A stretch of 64,000 bases of DNA from Squalus acanthias (Eukaryota): NCBI GenBank assembly GCA_030390025.1, contig CM059432.1, forward strand, positions 36,024,001 through 36,088,000. The letters run 5' to 3'. This document shows positions 1 to 13,424 of this stretch, piece by piece (within the stretch, counting starts at the first letter, position 1; each line of letters begins with the position of its first letter). Made by a program: the position numbers and the translations under genes. A model generated the notes under the pieces. It saw only the letters and a list, made by a program, of their open reading frames with translations. It had not been told where the DNA came from and searched no databases.

Positions 1-257
1 CTTCACGTAGAACAAGGGTTAAAATCACAAAGGCCTTTCAAAATGGCATTATAGAGCCAATTTAGTGCTTGTTAACGGCCTTAACAGCCTATCCCGCCTC
101 TTAAAGGTGGGACGGAGTCGGGACCAGCAGACACGATTTAATGAAAATTGCGTGGAGGCGGGATGGAGGCGGACTTGTGCCCACCCGCCAGTTTTCGCAA
201 TTTTAACCCCCCACACGCCTCCAAGCCCGCCTCCACGGGTCAATGAAAATCCAGCCC
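1..257. mobile_element. Right end of a Harbinger-type MITE (truncated by the window edge)
   Basis: Ends in AAAATCCAGCCC; near-identical to 46190-46446. Confidence 0.8.
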
Positions 258-1363
258 TGTGTGTCAACAGGCTAGGATCACTGGATAATGATCAGAAGCA
301 GGAAAACTGGCTGATTTTTCCTACCTTAACTAGGTTTTGCAGAAGCCTTCACCTATCTGCGCCCTCCTCATGCCTGTTCAGGATGGGAGCTAGACCGGCA
401 ATTAAAATTGCTTTGTCCTCCACCGGGCGACAAATAGCTTGCCGTGGCGAGTTTCCCTTGCTTTTGTACTCTATGCCTCTATTTATAAAGCCAACGATCC
501 TGTATGCTTTATTAACAGCCTTCTCAACTTCTCCTGCCACCTTCAACCTTCAGTTCTGGTGAGGGCTACACACCCAGAACATTAAATTATCTTCTGTCTG
601 TACAGATGCTGAGTGACCAGTTGTGTATTCTGGAAATGTTTTGCTTTTATTTCAGATTTCCAGCATTTGCAGGTGTTCCTTTTTATATTTTGTAATCCTT
701 CTCAGGATATAGGCATTGCTGGCAAATCCAGCATTTATTGCCCATCCCTAGTTGCCTGACTGAATGGCTTGCTGGGCTACTTCAGAGGGCAGTTAAGAGT
801 CAGCCACATTGGTGTGGGACTGGAGTCACATATAGGCCAGGGCAGGTAAGGTGCCATTTTCTTGTCTCTGTTTTCTTATCATCTTAAAAGGCCAGCGGTT
901 ATGGTGGGTCATTGCTGGGTAAGTTTGGTGTGTTGACTTTGGGGTGAGGGAAGGATTGTCCTGGAGTCTCCAGGAATTAAAGATTCATCTCCAGGACACT
1001 ACTGTGAGCAAGTCGGAAGAAAAATCATTGGCGCATTCCAAAAATGTGTGTGTTTTTTTCATTTTCTTTGAACATTTTTATTTATTAGTTATAAAAATAT
1101 TGGAGATGGGAAAAAGGCTGTTTGATTGACAGTCAAGAATCATCCAATTGGTAACAATGAGTCTACTTGCTTTCCAATTGGCTTGGGAAGGTGGTGCACC
1201 CGGAGGATGGACATGTCGGGCAACCAGTGGCGGATGCGGAGCAGTTGGAGGTCATGTGATGAAACCTCCTCCAATCAGACTTGGCAACTTTAAGGATGGG
1301 TGCTGCCTGACAAACCACTGATCAGGATTGGTGCTTTTATCTCACAGGGTTCGGAGAGTGACC

Positions 1364-1512
1364 ATGGTTTCTGTAGCATCAGTTCAGCAACTTTTGACCC
1401 CTGCGTTCACTGTCGATATCCAGAAAGTTAAAAGTAATGCCGAGCGAATGATCGAGCGATGCCAGGCCCTGGGAGTTCAACTCCGGCCGCACATGAAGAC
1501 TCACAAAACTGT
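1364..1512 (+). CDS. DSD1: D-serine dehydratase-like gene, coding exon 1 ([21 protein letters not shown]...[10 protein letters not shown])
   Basis: ACC-ATG-G Kozak start at 1364; upstream acceptor ttttatctcacag ending 1347; fold-type III PLP-lysine motif RPHMKTHK (K45); donor GTAAGT at 1513, phase 2. Confidence 0.92.
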
Positions 1513-1647
1513 GTAAGTGCCCGCGAACCAAGCTCTCTAACATTTCTGCTATAATTTTCTCCTCTGCTCCTGGGATCAGTTCGAAAGATGCACCACCCAA
1601 GTGGCCAGGCAGTTCAATTGTGGAGGCTATCACTGCCAAGCTCAACG

Positions 1648-1820
1648 TACACACGCACAACGCACACAGACATGCACACATGCAAATACACATACATACA
1701 TGCATACACAGGCACGCATACACACACACTTACATGCATACATACACGCACACACACAGGGACACATGTACACGCAAACACATACGCATGCACACACAAG
1801 TGTATACACAGACATGCACT
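1648..1820. repeat. Degenerate CA-rich microsatellite (similar tracts at 31080-31152, 36043-36240, 47706-47950)
   Basis: (CA)n with substitutions. Confidence 0.9.
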
Positions 1821-1879
1821 GTCCAGGTGACTACACCTGTGGGAAATGTCTATCTCTTGAGTCACTCCGGCTTAGCGTC

Positions 1880-2532
1880 ATTGAGCAGAAAAGAGCGAAG
1901 TGATACATTTTGGTAGAAAGAATGAAGAGAGGAAGTATAAACTAAAGGGTACAATCCTAAAGGGGGTGCATGAACAGAGAGACCTAGGGGTACATGTGCA
2001 CAAATCATTGAAGGTGGCAGGGCAGGTTGAGAAAGCAGTTAAAAAAGCGTACGGGATCCTGGGCTTCATAAATAGAGGTATAGAGTACAAAAGCAAGGAA
2101 ATTATGATGAACCTGCGCTCTGTGCGGAGTGGAGAAGGTTGAGAGGAGATTTGACAGAGGTGTTCAAAATCATGAGGTGTCTAAACTGAGTAGCTAGAGA
2201 GAAACTGTTCCCATTGGCGGAAGGGTCGAGAACTAAAGGATACAGATTTAAGGTGATTGGCAGAAGAACCAGAGGCGACACGAGGAAAAACCTTTTTACT
2301 CGGCGAGTGGTTAGGATCTGGAATTCACTGCCTGAAAGGGTGGTGGAGGCAGACTCAGTCACGGCTTTCAAAAGGGAGTTGGATAAGTACCTGAATGAAT
2401 AAATTTGCAGGGCTACGGGGAAAGGGCAGGGGAGTAGGATTAACTGAAGTGCTCTTGCAGAGAGCCGGCACGGGCTCGACGGGCCGAATGGCCTTCTTCC
2501 GTGCTGTAACCATTCTATGACTCTATTCTATG
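1880..2532 (+). mobile_element. CR1 LINE 3' fragment
   Basis: HFGRKN...RDLGVHVH...ILGFINRG and FTRRVVRIWNSLP; ATTCTATG-type tail. Confidence 0.85.
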
Positions 2533-4075
2533 AGCTGGAGCACGAGTTAGAGACACTCCGACACATAAGGGAGTGGAAGGAATTTCTGGATAGTTTACTG
2601 CTAAACACAGTCACACCACAGAGAGATGCAGGTACAGGAAGAAGAGTGTGTGACTGAGAGTCAACAGGGTAAGGGGTACTTAGTGGAGGCAAAGAAAGAG
2701 TAACCGCAAAAACCGATGCTGTCCAACAGGTATGATGTACCTGCCACCTATGTGGATAAGGAAGAAGACTGTGGGGAGAATGCCTAGAATGTTAACCAAG
2801 GCACCGTGGAACAGGAAACAGACAATGGAGGCAAACAGCAGAATAGAAAGGTTGCAGTTATCGGGCATTGAATAATTAGGAGGATAGAGGGTATTCTCTG
2901 CAGTTGCAATCGAGAGTCCAGGAGGGTCTGTTGCCTACCTGGTGCCAGGGTAAGGGATTTCTTGAATCTGTCGGAAAGGAACTTGGAAAGGGATGGGAAA
3001 GAACCAGTTGTTGTGATCCATGTTGGAACCAACGACATAGGGAAGAACAAGGAGGAGTTCCTGCTGACAGAGTTTTAGGAGCTAGGTGCTAAATTAAAAA
3101 GCAGGACCTCGAGAATGGTAATCTCAGGATTACTACCCAAGCCATGTGCTAATTGGCATAGGGACAAACAGATCAGGAAAGTAAATATGTGGCTGAAAGA
3201 CTGGTGTGGGAAGGAGGGGACACTGGAACCAGGACTGGAACAGGAAGGAGCTGTACTGCTGGCATGGGCTGAACCTGAACCAGGCTTGGATGGAAAGGAT
3301 AAATAGAGCTGTGGAAAGGTCTTTAAACCAATAAAGGGAGGGGGAGTGTTCGCATAGAAGAAATATTAACCCAAAGATAAGAATAAAGAGGATAAAGGTC
3401 AGAGTACAAAAAGTGATAACGGTAATATAAATACTCTGGGAACAGAAAAGGTTATAGGAAATGATAATAATTACCTGTTAAACATAAAACAGGAGTGATT
3501 AAAAAAATAAAAAAGATAGTACATTTCCTGTATAGCAATGTACAGAGCATCAGTAACCAAAAGTGTGATAGGTCAAAAAATGTTAGAAATACACCATCAG
3601 GGTATATGAGCAGGGTGGAAACAGTTACCCAGATAAGAGTTCTGTACAGGAATGCATGTAGCAAAAGAAATAAAACAAATGAGTTAGAAGCACAAATTCA
3701 GCTTATGTAGTAGCCGAAACAGAGACCTGGCTACAAGCAGGGCATGATTGTGAGCTAAATATTTCAGGCTATAGGATCTTTAGAAAGGACGGAGAAATTG
3801 GGAAAGGAGGAGGAATATTGATAAAAGACACAATTACAGCGATAGAAAGAAGGGATTTCAGTAAGGGTGATCAGACCGTGGAAACACTGGGTTGAGTTAA
3901 GGAACAACAAAGGATGCAAAACTCTGGTGGGAGTTGTCTACAGACCTCCTGATAGTAGTGATGTAGCGGGAGGATGTATAAATATGGAGATCAGGGAAGC
4001 ATGCAGTAAAAGCAATATGGTTATAATGGGAGTTTTTAATTTTCACATAACTGGGAGAAGCAGAACAGCCCAAGT
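2533..4075 (+). mobile_element. Degenerate CR1 ORF1/endonuclease fragment
   Basis: CCLPGARV, IHVGTNDIG, VISGLLP (ORF1 esterase) and VGVVYRPP, IMGVFNF (endonuclease). Confidence 0.75.
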
Positions 4076-6309
4076 ATAGAATCATAGAATGGTTACAGCA
4101 CGGAAGAAGGCCATTTGGCCCGTCGAGCCCGTGCCGACTCTCAGCAAGAGCACCTCAGCTAGTCCCACTCCCCCGCCCTTTCCCCGTAGCCCTGCAAATT
4201 TTTTTCCTTCAGATACTTATCCAACTCCCTTTAGAAAGATAAGATTGAGTCTGCCTCCACCACCCTTTCAGGCAGTGCATTCCAGATCTTAACCACTCGC
4301 TGCGTAAAAAAGTTTTTTCTTACGTCGCCTTTGGTTCTTTTGCCAATCACCTTAAATCAGTGTCCTCTGGTTCTCGATCATTCTGCCAATGGGAACAGTT
4401 TCTCTCTATCTACTCTGTCCAGACCCCTCATGATTTTGAACACCTCTATCAAATCGCCTCTCAATCTTCTCTGCTCCAAGGAGAACAACCCCAGCTTCTC
4501 AAGTCTATCAACATAACTGAAGTCCCTCATTCCTGGAATCATTCTCGTAAATCTTTTCTGCACCTTCTCTAAGGCCTTCACATCCTTCCTAAAGTGTGCT
4601 GCCCAGAATTGGACACAGTACTCCAGTTGGGGCCGAACCAGCGTTTTATAAAGGTTCATCATAATTCCCACACTTTTGTACTCCATACCTCTATTTATGA
4701 AGCCCTGGATCCCGTAAGCCTTTTTAACTGCTTTCTCAGCCTGCTCTGCCACCTTCAACGATTTTTGCACACATACTCCCAGGCCTCTCTGTTCGTGCAC
4801 CCCCTTTAGGATTGTACCATTTAGTTTATATGTCCTCCCCCCATTCTTTCTACTAAAATATATCACTTCACACTTTGAAATTGTGCCCTGTACACCCACG
4901 TCCAAGTCATTAATATATATCAAGAAAAGCAGTGGTCTTTGAACCGACCCCTGGGGAACACCACTGTATACCTTCCTCCAGTCTGAAAAACAACCGTTCA
5001 CCACTATTCTCTGTTTCCTGTCACTTAACCAATTTCATATCCATGCTGCCACTGTCCCTTTTATTCCATGGGCTTCAACTTTGCTGGCAAGCCTATTATG
5101 TGGCACTTTGTCGAATGCCTTTTGGAAATCCATGTACACCACGTCAACCGCATTACCCTCATCAACCCTCTCTGTTACCTCATCAAAAAACTCGATCAAG
5201 TTGGTTAAACACGATTTGCCTTTAACAAATCCGTGCTGGCAATCCACACCTATCCAAGTGACTGTTAATTTTGTCCCTTATTACTGTTTCTAAAAGCTTC
5301 CCCATTACCGAGGTTAAACTGACTGGCCTGTAGTTGCTGGGTTTATCTTTATACCCTTTTTTGAACAATGGTGTAACATTTGCAGTTCTCCAGTCCTCTG
5401 GCACCACCCCGTATCTATAGAGGATTGGAATATTATGGCCAGTACCTCCGTGATTTCCGCCCTCAATTCCCTCAGCATCCTAGGATGCATCCCATCCACT
5501 CCTGGTGATTTATCTACTTTAAGTACAGCCAGCCTTTTGAATACTTCTTCTTTATCAATTTTTATCCTATCAAGTGTCTCCACTACCTCCTCCTTCACTA
5601 TGTCTATGGCAGCATCCTCTTCCTTGGTGAAGACAGATGCAAAGTACTCGTTTAGTACCTCAGCCATACCCTCTGCCTCCATGCATAGGTCTCCTTTTTG
5701 GTCCCTAATCGGCCCCACCCCGTCTCTTACTACCCTTTTACTATTTATATGCCTATAGAAGACTTTTAGATTACCTTTTATGTTGGCTGCCATTCTATTC
5801 TCATACACTCTCTTTGCCCCTCTTATTTTCTTTTTCACTTCTCCTTTGACCTTTCTATATTTAGCCTGATTCTCAGATGTATTTGCAACCTGACACCTGT
5901 CATACGCGCTCTTTTTCTGCTTCATCATATTCTCTATCTGTTTCGTCATCCAGGGAGCCCAGACTTTAGTTGCCCTGCCTTTCCCCCTAGTGGGAATGTA
6001 CCTCAACTGTACCTGAACTAGTTCCTCTTTAAAGGCAGCCCAGTGTTCCATTACAGTTTTGCCTGCCAAGAGAATCGTAGAATCATAGAATGGTTACAGC
6101 ACGGAAGAAGGCCATTCGGCCCATTGAGCCCGTCCCGGCTCTCTGCAAGAGCACTTCAGCTAGTCCTAATCTTTGATTCCAGTTTACCCGGGCCAGATGA
6201 ATGGGGATCCCCTTCTCATCCCACTGAAATTGGCCTTCCCCCAGTTAAACATTTTTACTCTAGATTGCTCCTTGTCCTTTTCCATAGCTAATCTAAACCT
6301 TATGACACT

Positions 6310-7121
6310 GGGCCGTGTTTTGCGACCCCTACGGGTGCGTACAAGGTGTGTACACACTCGTAGGGGCCGCACAAGTTCCGGGTTTAGGCATGCGATGCGC
6401 CAGCAACAAAAATGGCCGGCCGGCACCTCCCCTTTAATTTGCGCCGCCCCGGCTGCAGGTAGGCCCCCCTGACCCTGTCGGACATAGCGTCCGGCGGTAA
6501 GTCAGGGGACACTACCGAAGATCGCGAGCGGGGCGCTGCGCACGGCGATGATGTCATCACCGGAGGCACAGCGCCATGGGACGCTAACAGTTACCGCCGC
6601 CGCTAACCTCCCACTGAATTTCACGGGAGGCGTTAGTGGCACCGCGCCTGGGCGCTAGTTGCTTTGCGCCCCGTTAGCGCCCTCTTAGGGAGACGCAAAT
6701 CAACCAAATTTTTCCCCCATAAAAAAAATTTTCAAAAAAATTACATTTTTGTTTAAAATATTTAATTAAATGGCATTTTAATTAACTTTAAATATGTAAT
6801 GTTTTTAAAATTTTTATTTCATGTGTTCGTGTATTTTTTAAGTGATCCCCATTCATACTTATGGGGATTCCGTACGTACGGAACTCCCATAAGTATGAAT
6901 GGGGATCCCCTTCTTTTATTGGTTGGGCCGGCCCACATGATCCCAGGGGCGCTTGCGAACCACATGCGCCCCTGGGATACGTAGGCCTCTTCCCAGGCGT
7001 ACCCAGAGAGGCCCAGGATCGGCCAGTCTCCATACCTCCTGGGCCACCAGGTAAATTTGTAGATTTTTTACAGGTCGGTGGCATCCGCCCGCGGGAAGCC
7101 TCTGATCGCAAATTTTGGGCC
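6310..7121. mobile_element. GC-rich composite MITE inserted in CR1 ORF2
   Basis: Imperfect TIRs; ACT and GCT flanks; the CR1 sequence rejoins across it; about 6398-6718 is an inverted homologue of 8910-9090. Confidence 0.62.
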
Positions 7122-8906
7122 GCTATGATCACTGTTCCCTAAATGTTCACCGACTGACACTTGCTCCACTTGCCCTACCTCATTCACCAGAACCAGATCC
7201 AGCAATGCCTCCTCCTTCGTCGGGCCGGAAACATACTGATCAAGAAAGTTCTCCTGAACACACCAGAAATTCTACCCCTTCTCTGCCCTTTACACTATTA
7301 CGATCCCAGTCTATATTAGGATAGTTGAAGTTCCCCCATTATTACTACTCTATAGTTCTTGCACCTCTCTGTAATTTCTCTGCAAATTTGCTCCTCCATA
7401 TCTTTCCCACCATTTGGTGGTCTATAGAATACACCTAGTAGTGTAATGGCACCTCTATTATTTCTTAACTCTAGCCATATATATTCTGTCCTTGACCCCT
7501 CCAGGACATCCTCCCTCTCCAGCACTGTAACATTTTCCTTAACCAATACTGCCAAACCACCTCCTATCTTTCCTTCCCTATATTTCCTGAACACTTTATA
7601 ATCAGGAATATTTAATACCCAATCCTGCCCTTTTTTGAGCCAGGTCTCAGTTATTGCCACAAAATCATATTCCCATGTGGCTATTTGTGCCTGCAGCTCA
7701 CTTGCCTTGTTTACTACGCTTCGTGCGTTCACATACATACGCTGTAAACCCATCTTAGACCATCCTGTATTCTCTCTTAGTTTGACCCCCCTAATACCTT
7801 ACCATTTCTTACTTTAGTGCTTTCTGTCTCTCCCAATCCTTTGAGCACTTTATTTCCCCTTTCTAATGTTACATCCTGGTGCCCATCCCCCTGCCAAATT
7901 AGTTTAAACCCTCCCCAAGAGCACTAGCAAACCTCCCCATGAGGATATTGGTTCCGGCCCTGTTGAAGTGCAACCCATCGGCCTGTACAGGTCCCACTTC
8001 CCCCAGAACCGGCCCCAATACCCTAGGAATCTGAAGCCCTCCCTCCTGCATCATCTCCCCAGCCACACATTCATCTGCTCTATCCTCCTATTTCTATACT
8101 CACTCACGCGTGGCACCGGGAGTAATCCGGAGATTACTACCTTTGAGATCCTGCTTTTTAATCTCTTTCCTAGCTCCCTAAAATCTGCCTGCAGGACCTC
8201 ATCCCTCTTTCTACCTATGTCGTTGGTACCAATATGGATCACAACCTCTGGCTCTTCACCCTCCCTCCTCAGAATGTTCTGCAGACGCTCAGAGACATCC
8301 TTAACCCTGGCACCAGGGAGGCAACATACCATCCTGGAGTCACGTCTGCGGCCGCAGAAACGCCTGTCTGCTCCCCTAACTATCGAATCCCCTATCACTA
8401 TTGCTCTCCCACTCTTCTTCCTCCCCCCACCCCCCGTACAGCTGAGCCACCTGTGGTGCCGTGGACTTGGCTCTGGCTGTACTCCCCAGAGGAACCATCA
8501 CCCTCACCAGTACTCAGAACTGATTACTGTTTGGAGAGCGAGATGCACTCAAGGGACTCCTGCACTACCTGCCTGGTCCTCCTCTTCTGTCTGGCAGTCA
8601 CCCATTCCCTCTCTGCCTGCGCATTCCTTAGCTGTGGGGTGACCACCTCCTGAAACGTGCTATCCACGTAGCTCTCAGCCTCCCGGATGCACCGCAGTGA
8701 CGCCAGCTGCTGCTCAAGCTCCGAAACCCGGCAGCTCGAGCTCCTCCAGCTGACGACACCTCCTGCACACATGGTTGTCCAGGACACGGGAAGCATCCTG
8801 GATTTCCCACATGGCACAGGATGTGCAATCCGTGGGACTGAGCTGCCCTACCATGCCTCTATTTAATAGATTATTAACTAACTTACAGAAATAAACTTAA
8901 GACTTA

Positions 8907-9532
8907 GAGAGAAAAATTCGGTTGATTTGCACCTCCCGTTAGCGCCCCGGCCGCAATCTTCGATCTCGCCCCCTGACTTACCGCCGGACGCTATGTCCGA
9001 CAGGGTCATGGGGGGCGTACGTGAGGCCGGGGCAGCGCAAATTAAAGGGGAGGTGCTGGGCGGCAATTTTTGTTGCTGGCCGCCTGCCAGCACCTGCCCC
9101 CTCTGCCGTCCATGGCCTCCTGTGAAGCCCCCTGCGGGGTGCCGGCTGCGCTCCGTGAGCCCGGCACTTCTCTTGAGTGCCGGGCTCTTTTGCCGGCACT
9201 CTGATCCCTGGTGGCCCAGCTGGGCCCCGGGTCGCGCTTGCGCTAGGCCCCTCTCCTTTAATAAGACGAGGAGGCTTGCAATACCGCGGCGCGTAGCACC
9301 GCGACATTCACTCGCAGCGGCCCAAGAGGGAGGCGAGGCGCTTCCAGTAACATCCTCTCCTCTATGGCAGCATCCTCTTCCTTGGTGAAGACAGATGCAA
9401 AGTACTCGTTTAGTACCTCAGCCATACCCTCTGAGTGAATTTCGGGTGCGGGGGTGCCAACTTTTTAGGGCGCTAAAAGTAGCGCCCTGGCAAGTTAGCG
9501 CCCCAAAGAGGGCGCGACCTAATTTTGCCCCC
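8907..9532. mobile_element. GC-rich MITE in the CR1 5' region
   Basis: AAAAATTCGGT ... ACCTAATTTTGCCCCC ends; TTAGCGCC subterminal repeats; homology to 6398-6718. Confidence 0.6.
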
Positions 9533-9741
9533 TAAGAGTCTTAAAAGTCGGGCCTACCTTTATCTCCGGCTGTTTCTCTTGCTCTTAGTTAAAGTCTTTA
9601 TTCACACGATTATCTATAATTATATTAATTAGTTTCTCTAGTTATGTTAGAGAGAATAAAACACTAATACTCACCCACCAATCACCTTCCTGCAGTCCTG
9701 TGACGTCATTCCTTGCTTTTGCTGTTCTTTTGGAATTCAGC

Positions 9742-10382
9742 GGCCCTGCGCACTTTATCCTGTGCTGCAGCCTCTGCTGCCCATTCCTCTCCGGTCCGCT
9801 GTCCTCGGGCCCCGCACTCTTTATCCTGTGCTGCAGCCTCTGCTGCCCATTCCTCTCCGGTCTGCTGTCCTCGGGCCCCGTGCTCTTTATCCTGTGCTGC
9901 AGCCTCTGCTGCCCATTCCTCTCCGGTCTGCTGTCCTCGGGCCCCGTGCTCTTTATCCTGTGCTGCAGCCTCTGCTGCCCATTCCTCTCCGGTCTGCTGT
10001 CCTCGGGCCCCGTGCTCTTTATCCTGTGCTGCAGCCTCTGCTGCCCATTCCTCTCCGGTCTGCTGTCCTCGGGCCCCGTGCTCTTTATCCTGTGCTGCAG
10101 CCTCTGCTGCCCATTCCTCTCCGGTCTGCTGTCCTCGGGCCCCGTGCTCTTTATCCTGTGCTGCAGCCTCTGCTGCCCATTCCTCTCCGGTCCGCTGTCC
10201 TCGGGCCCCGCACTCTTTATCCTGTGCTGCAGCCTCTGCTGCCCATTCCTCTCCAGTCCGCTGTCCTCGGGCCCCGTGCTCTTTATCCTGTGCTGTCGCC
10301 TCTGCTGCCGATTCCTCTCCGGTCCGCTGTCCTCGGGCCCCGTGCTCTTTATCCTGTGCTGTTGCCTCTATTGCCGATTCCT
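9742..10382. repeat. 66-bp GC-rich tandem repeat, about 9.7 copies
   Basis: Unit GGCCCCGTGCTCTTTATCCTGTGCTGCAGCCTCTGCTGCCCATTCCTCTCCGGTCTGCTGTCCTCG. Confidence 0.97.
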
Positions 10383-11441
10383 TTCAGGGAACGAATTTCT
10401 TGGAGCTCCGAGTTTAACCCAGCCCACCCAGTGGAAACGGTGTGAATGGGGTGGGGGCGGGGGGCGGTTAAATGGTGGCCGGGCGGAAACCGTTGCGTAC
10501 CTGCTATTTTAACCGTTGGACCTCTTACAGCATCGAGGCCACCCGCTGCAGGCACGCCCCTCTAATTAAAATGTAAAAGTCACGGCCTGATGATGTCATT
10601 GGCACTGCAATGTGTTTTTTACTTAAAATTGGGGGCGGGGGGGAGGGGGGGGTGGCGCACGGGGTCTCACCCGGCTGCAGGATCTGGAGAGAGCAGAAGA
10701 GGCCAAGGTAAATGTTTAAATTGACCTTTTCTGCGCATTCCTCGTGGGTATGGAGAAGCTGAAGTGCTCCTGCCGGACCCTGCAAAGAATACTTGGGCCT
10801 CCTCTGCCCCGTCCCCTTGTCTCTCCTTTTTCAGCACCAGCATTGTCTGTGGAACCCCCCCCGCCCTCCCACCCACCCTTCCCCCCAGAATTAACTTCAT
10901 GTCGGTGACCATTCCCTTGGGTCCCCGGCACCCTGGAGCTCCTGACCCGATTTCTGCTCCCGCCTATCTGCCCTGATCTCACTGCGCTGCAGTATTCAAA
11001 TGAGGCTTGGAGTTAGAATGGCCCAGGCCTTAGGCTGAACTCACCATGGGGATTTCCGTCCCACCCCCTGCCCGTAACAAATGCGCTCCGAGTTGAAATT
11101 GATGATAACAGAGAGTCAGGATAGATTTATGAAGGGTAGGTCATGTCTGACAAATCTAATTGCATTTTTTGAGAAGGTCACTAACATGGTGGACAGAGGA
11201 ATGATATGGATGTTGTCTATATGGACTTCCAGAAGGCATTTGATCAGGTTCCGCATAAGAGATTATTAGCAAAAATGAAAGTGCACGGAATTGCAGGTAA
11301 CCTTGTGACCGAGGTTGATAATTGGTTGAGAAGTGGGAAAAAGAGAGTTGGGATAAAGGGAAGGTATTCTGATTGGTGGGATGCGTCCACACTGTATTAG
11401 TCCTGACACGAAGCTTGCGGTTTCTTTTTTTCCGATCTCAG

Positions 11442-11722
11442 GGAGTGTGCGGATATTATGACCGGAGGCTCTCGGAGGTGCATCGTAGTCTCCACACTGG
11501 CCGAAGCTCGCTTCTACGCTGACCATGGCTTCGATGATATCCTGTACGCCTATCCACTTCCTTTCGACAAGGTAGGTGCCTGCGCTGAGCTGGCAGAACG
11601 CCTGGAGATGTTCCACGTGCTGGTGGACAGCGAGGTGGCGCTGGCGGAGCTCACGAAGAGGCGGCTGAGAGATGGGAAGTCATGGCTGGTGTGGCTCAAG
11701 GTGGACTGCAACAATGGAAGAG
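11442..11722 (+). CDS. DSD1: D-serine dehydratase-like gene, coding exon 2 ([37 protein letters not shown]...[10 protein letters not shown])
   Basis: Polypyrimidine tract and CAG ending 11441; phase matches exon 1 (gt+g=Val); [15 protein letters not shown] and KVDC..GR motifs of the alanine-racemase-like barrel; donor GT at 11723, phase 1. Confidence 0.95.
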
Positions 11723-13424
11723 GTAAAATGGCTTGGTATGATACATGTACTGGGAAAGAAAGAAAGAAATTACATTTCTATAGCGCCTTTCACAATCAAA
11801 GTGCTTCACAGCCAGTTGAATACTTTTGAAGTGTAGTCACTGTTTTAATGTGGGAAATGCAGCAGCCAATTTGCACACAGCAAGGTCCCACTATGAGATA
11901 ATGACCATATAAGCTGATTCTTTAATGATGTTGGTTGAGGGATAAATATTGGCCAGGACATCGGGGAGAACACCCCTGCCCTTCTTAAATTAGTGCCATA
12001 GAATCTTTTACATCCACATGAGAGAGCAGATAGGAGCTTGGTTTAATGTCTCATCCAAAGGATGGCCCCTCCAACAGTGCAGCACTCCCTCAGTACTGCA
12101 CTGGAGTGTCAGCCTGGCTTATGTGGGGCTTGAACCCACAACATAGAAACATAGAAGATAGGAGCAGGAGTAGGCCATTCGGCCCCTCGAGCCTGCTCCA
12201 CCATTCAATGAGATCATGGCTGATCATCCAAATTCAGTACTCTGTCCCTGCTTTCTCCCCATATCCCTTGATCCCTTTAGCCTTCCGACTCAGAGGTGAG
12301 AGTGCTACTACTGAAGCACAGCTGACACCAGTAGCACGGTAGGTGTGCTACTGAGCCACATGGATCAATCGGTCCCAGGTTCGATTCTTGATCTGCGTTG
12401 AATGAGCTGATCTGAACTGGAGTAACGTTTGGGATATTTCCTGTAGTGAAGTGAAGACTTTTGCTGATAGAATTTTCTATAGTTTGTAAATCTCTGGCTC
12501 CTGCTCTGCAGAAGAGGCCACATTATTCAAAGAAGAGAGAAATCAGCAGGAAAAGGCTGGCTTTCTTTCTCATTTTTAGAGAGATGGACTTCCATTGGAA
12601 TCAGGGTACTAAAGGGATGGGATTCTGTGGAAGAGCCAGGGTACTAGAGCAATGTGGTAGTGCATTCAAGCCCTACTCCAGAGACTTGAGTACATAATTC
12701 AGGCTCATACTTCAGTACTGCAGTACTGAGGGAGTTGCCGTCTTTCCGATGAGACATTAAACTGAGGCCCCATCTTCCCCCTCAGGTGGATATAAGATTC
12801 CATGGCACTATTCGAAGAAGAGTAGGGGAATTGTCTTGACCAACATTTGTCAGTGTCAGTCGTGGCTCAGTGGTAGCATTCTTGCCTCTCGAGTCAGAGG
12901 TTGTGGGTTCTAAGTCCCACTCCAGAGACTTGTGCTCAAAAATCTAGGCTGACACTCCTGTGCAGTCCTGAGGGAGTGCTGCACTGTTGGAGATGCCGTC
13001 TTTCAGATGAAACGGTAAAACCGAGGCCCCGCCTGCTCTCTCAGGTGGATGTAAAAGATCCCAAGACACTATTTCGAAGAAGGTCGTGTCTATTTGCAGC
13101 ACCAAATTTCTGATTGGTCCCTTTGGCGGACAAGACCAGATTTCTGTTTGGTCCCCTTGGAGGACAAGACACACCTAACAGTTTGACTGGAATATGTAAT
13201 TTGATCCTGCCTGCTGGAGTACTCAAGATCTTTGCAATGTGTAATTTGATCCATTCATTGTGACAGCCAGGCTCCAGAGCTCACAGTGCTAACACTAATG
13301 CTTTCAGAGAACAGACAGGGCTCACCCTCCTGGGTTAGGAGCACTCACAACGCTCACACTGCCGAGATCAAATAGGAAGGGGTGAGGCCATGGAGGGATT
13401 TTAACAAGAGGATGAGAATTTTAA

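Larger units (their letters stand above)
4076..9730 (-). mobile_element. Near full-length, disrupted CR1 LINE (ORF1 zinc-finger/esterase; ORF2 endonuclease-RT)
   Basis: ORF1 pieces GDSIVRG and IHIGTND at 8051-8398; endonuclease AITETWL at 7316-7753; RT pieces QHGF..GKSCLTNL and SGVPQGS; tail near 4076; interrupted by MITEs and by a short CR1 3' end at about 6070-6168. Confidence 0.9.

Noticed and set aside
556..580. Hammerhead-like motif CTGGTGA-GGG..CCC-AGAAC in a possible Penelope-type repeat remnant
   Set aside because: Both catalytic boxes deviate from CUGANGA and GAAA, so it is not supportable as an active ribozyme
9700..10512. Cys-rich 270/234/227-aa ORFs
   Set aside because: Translations of a stop-free 66-bp tandem repeat in an intron; no splice or domain support
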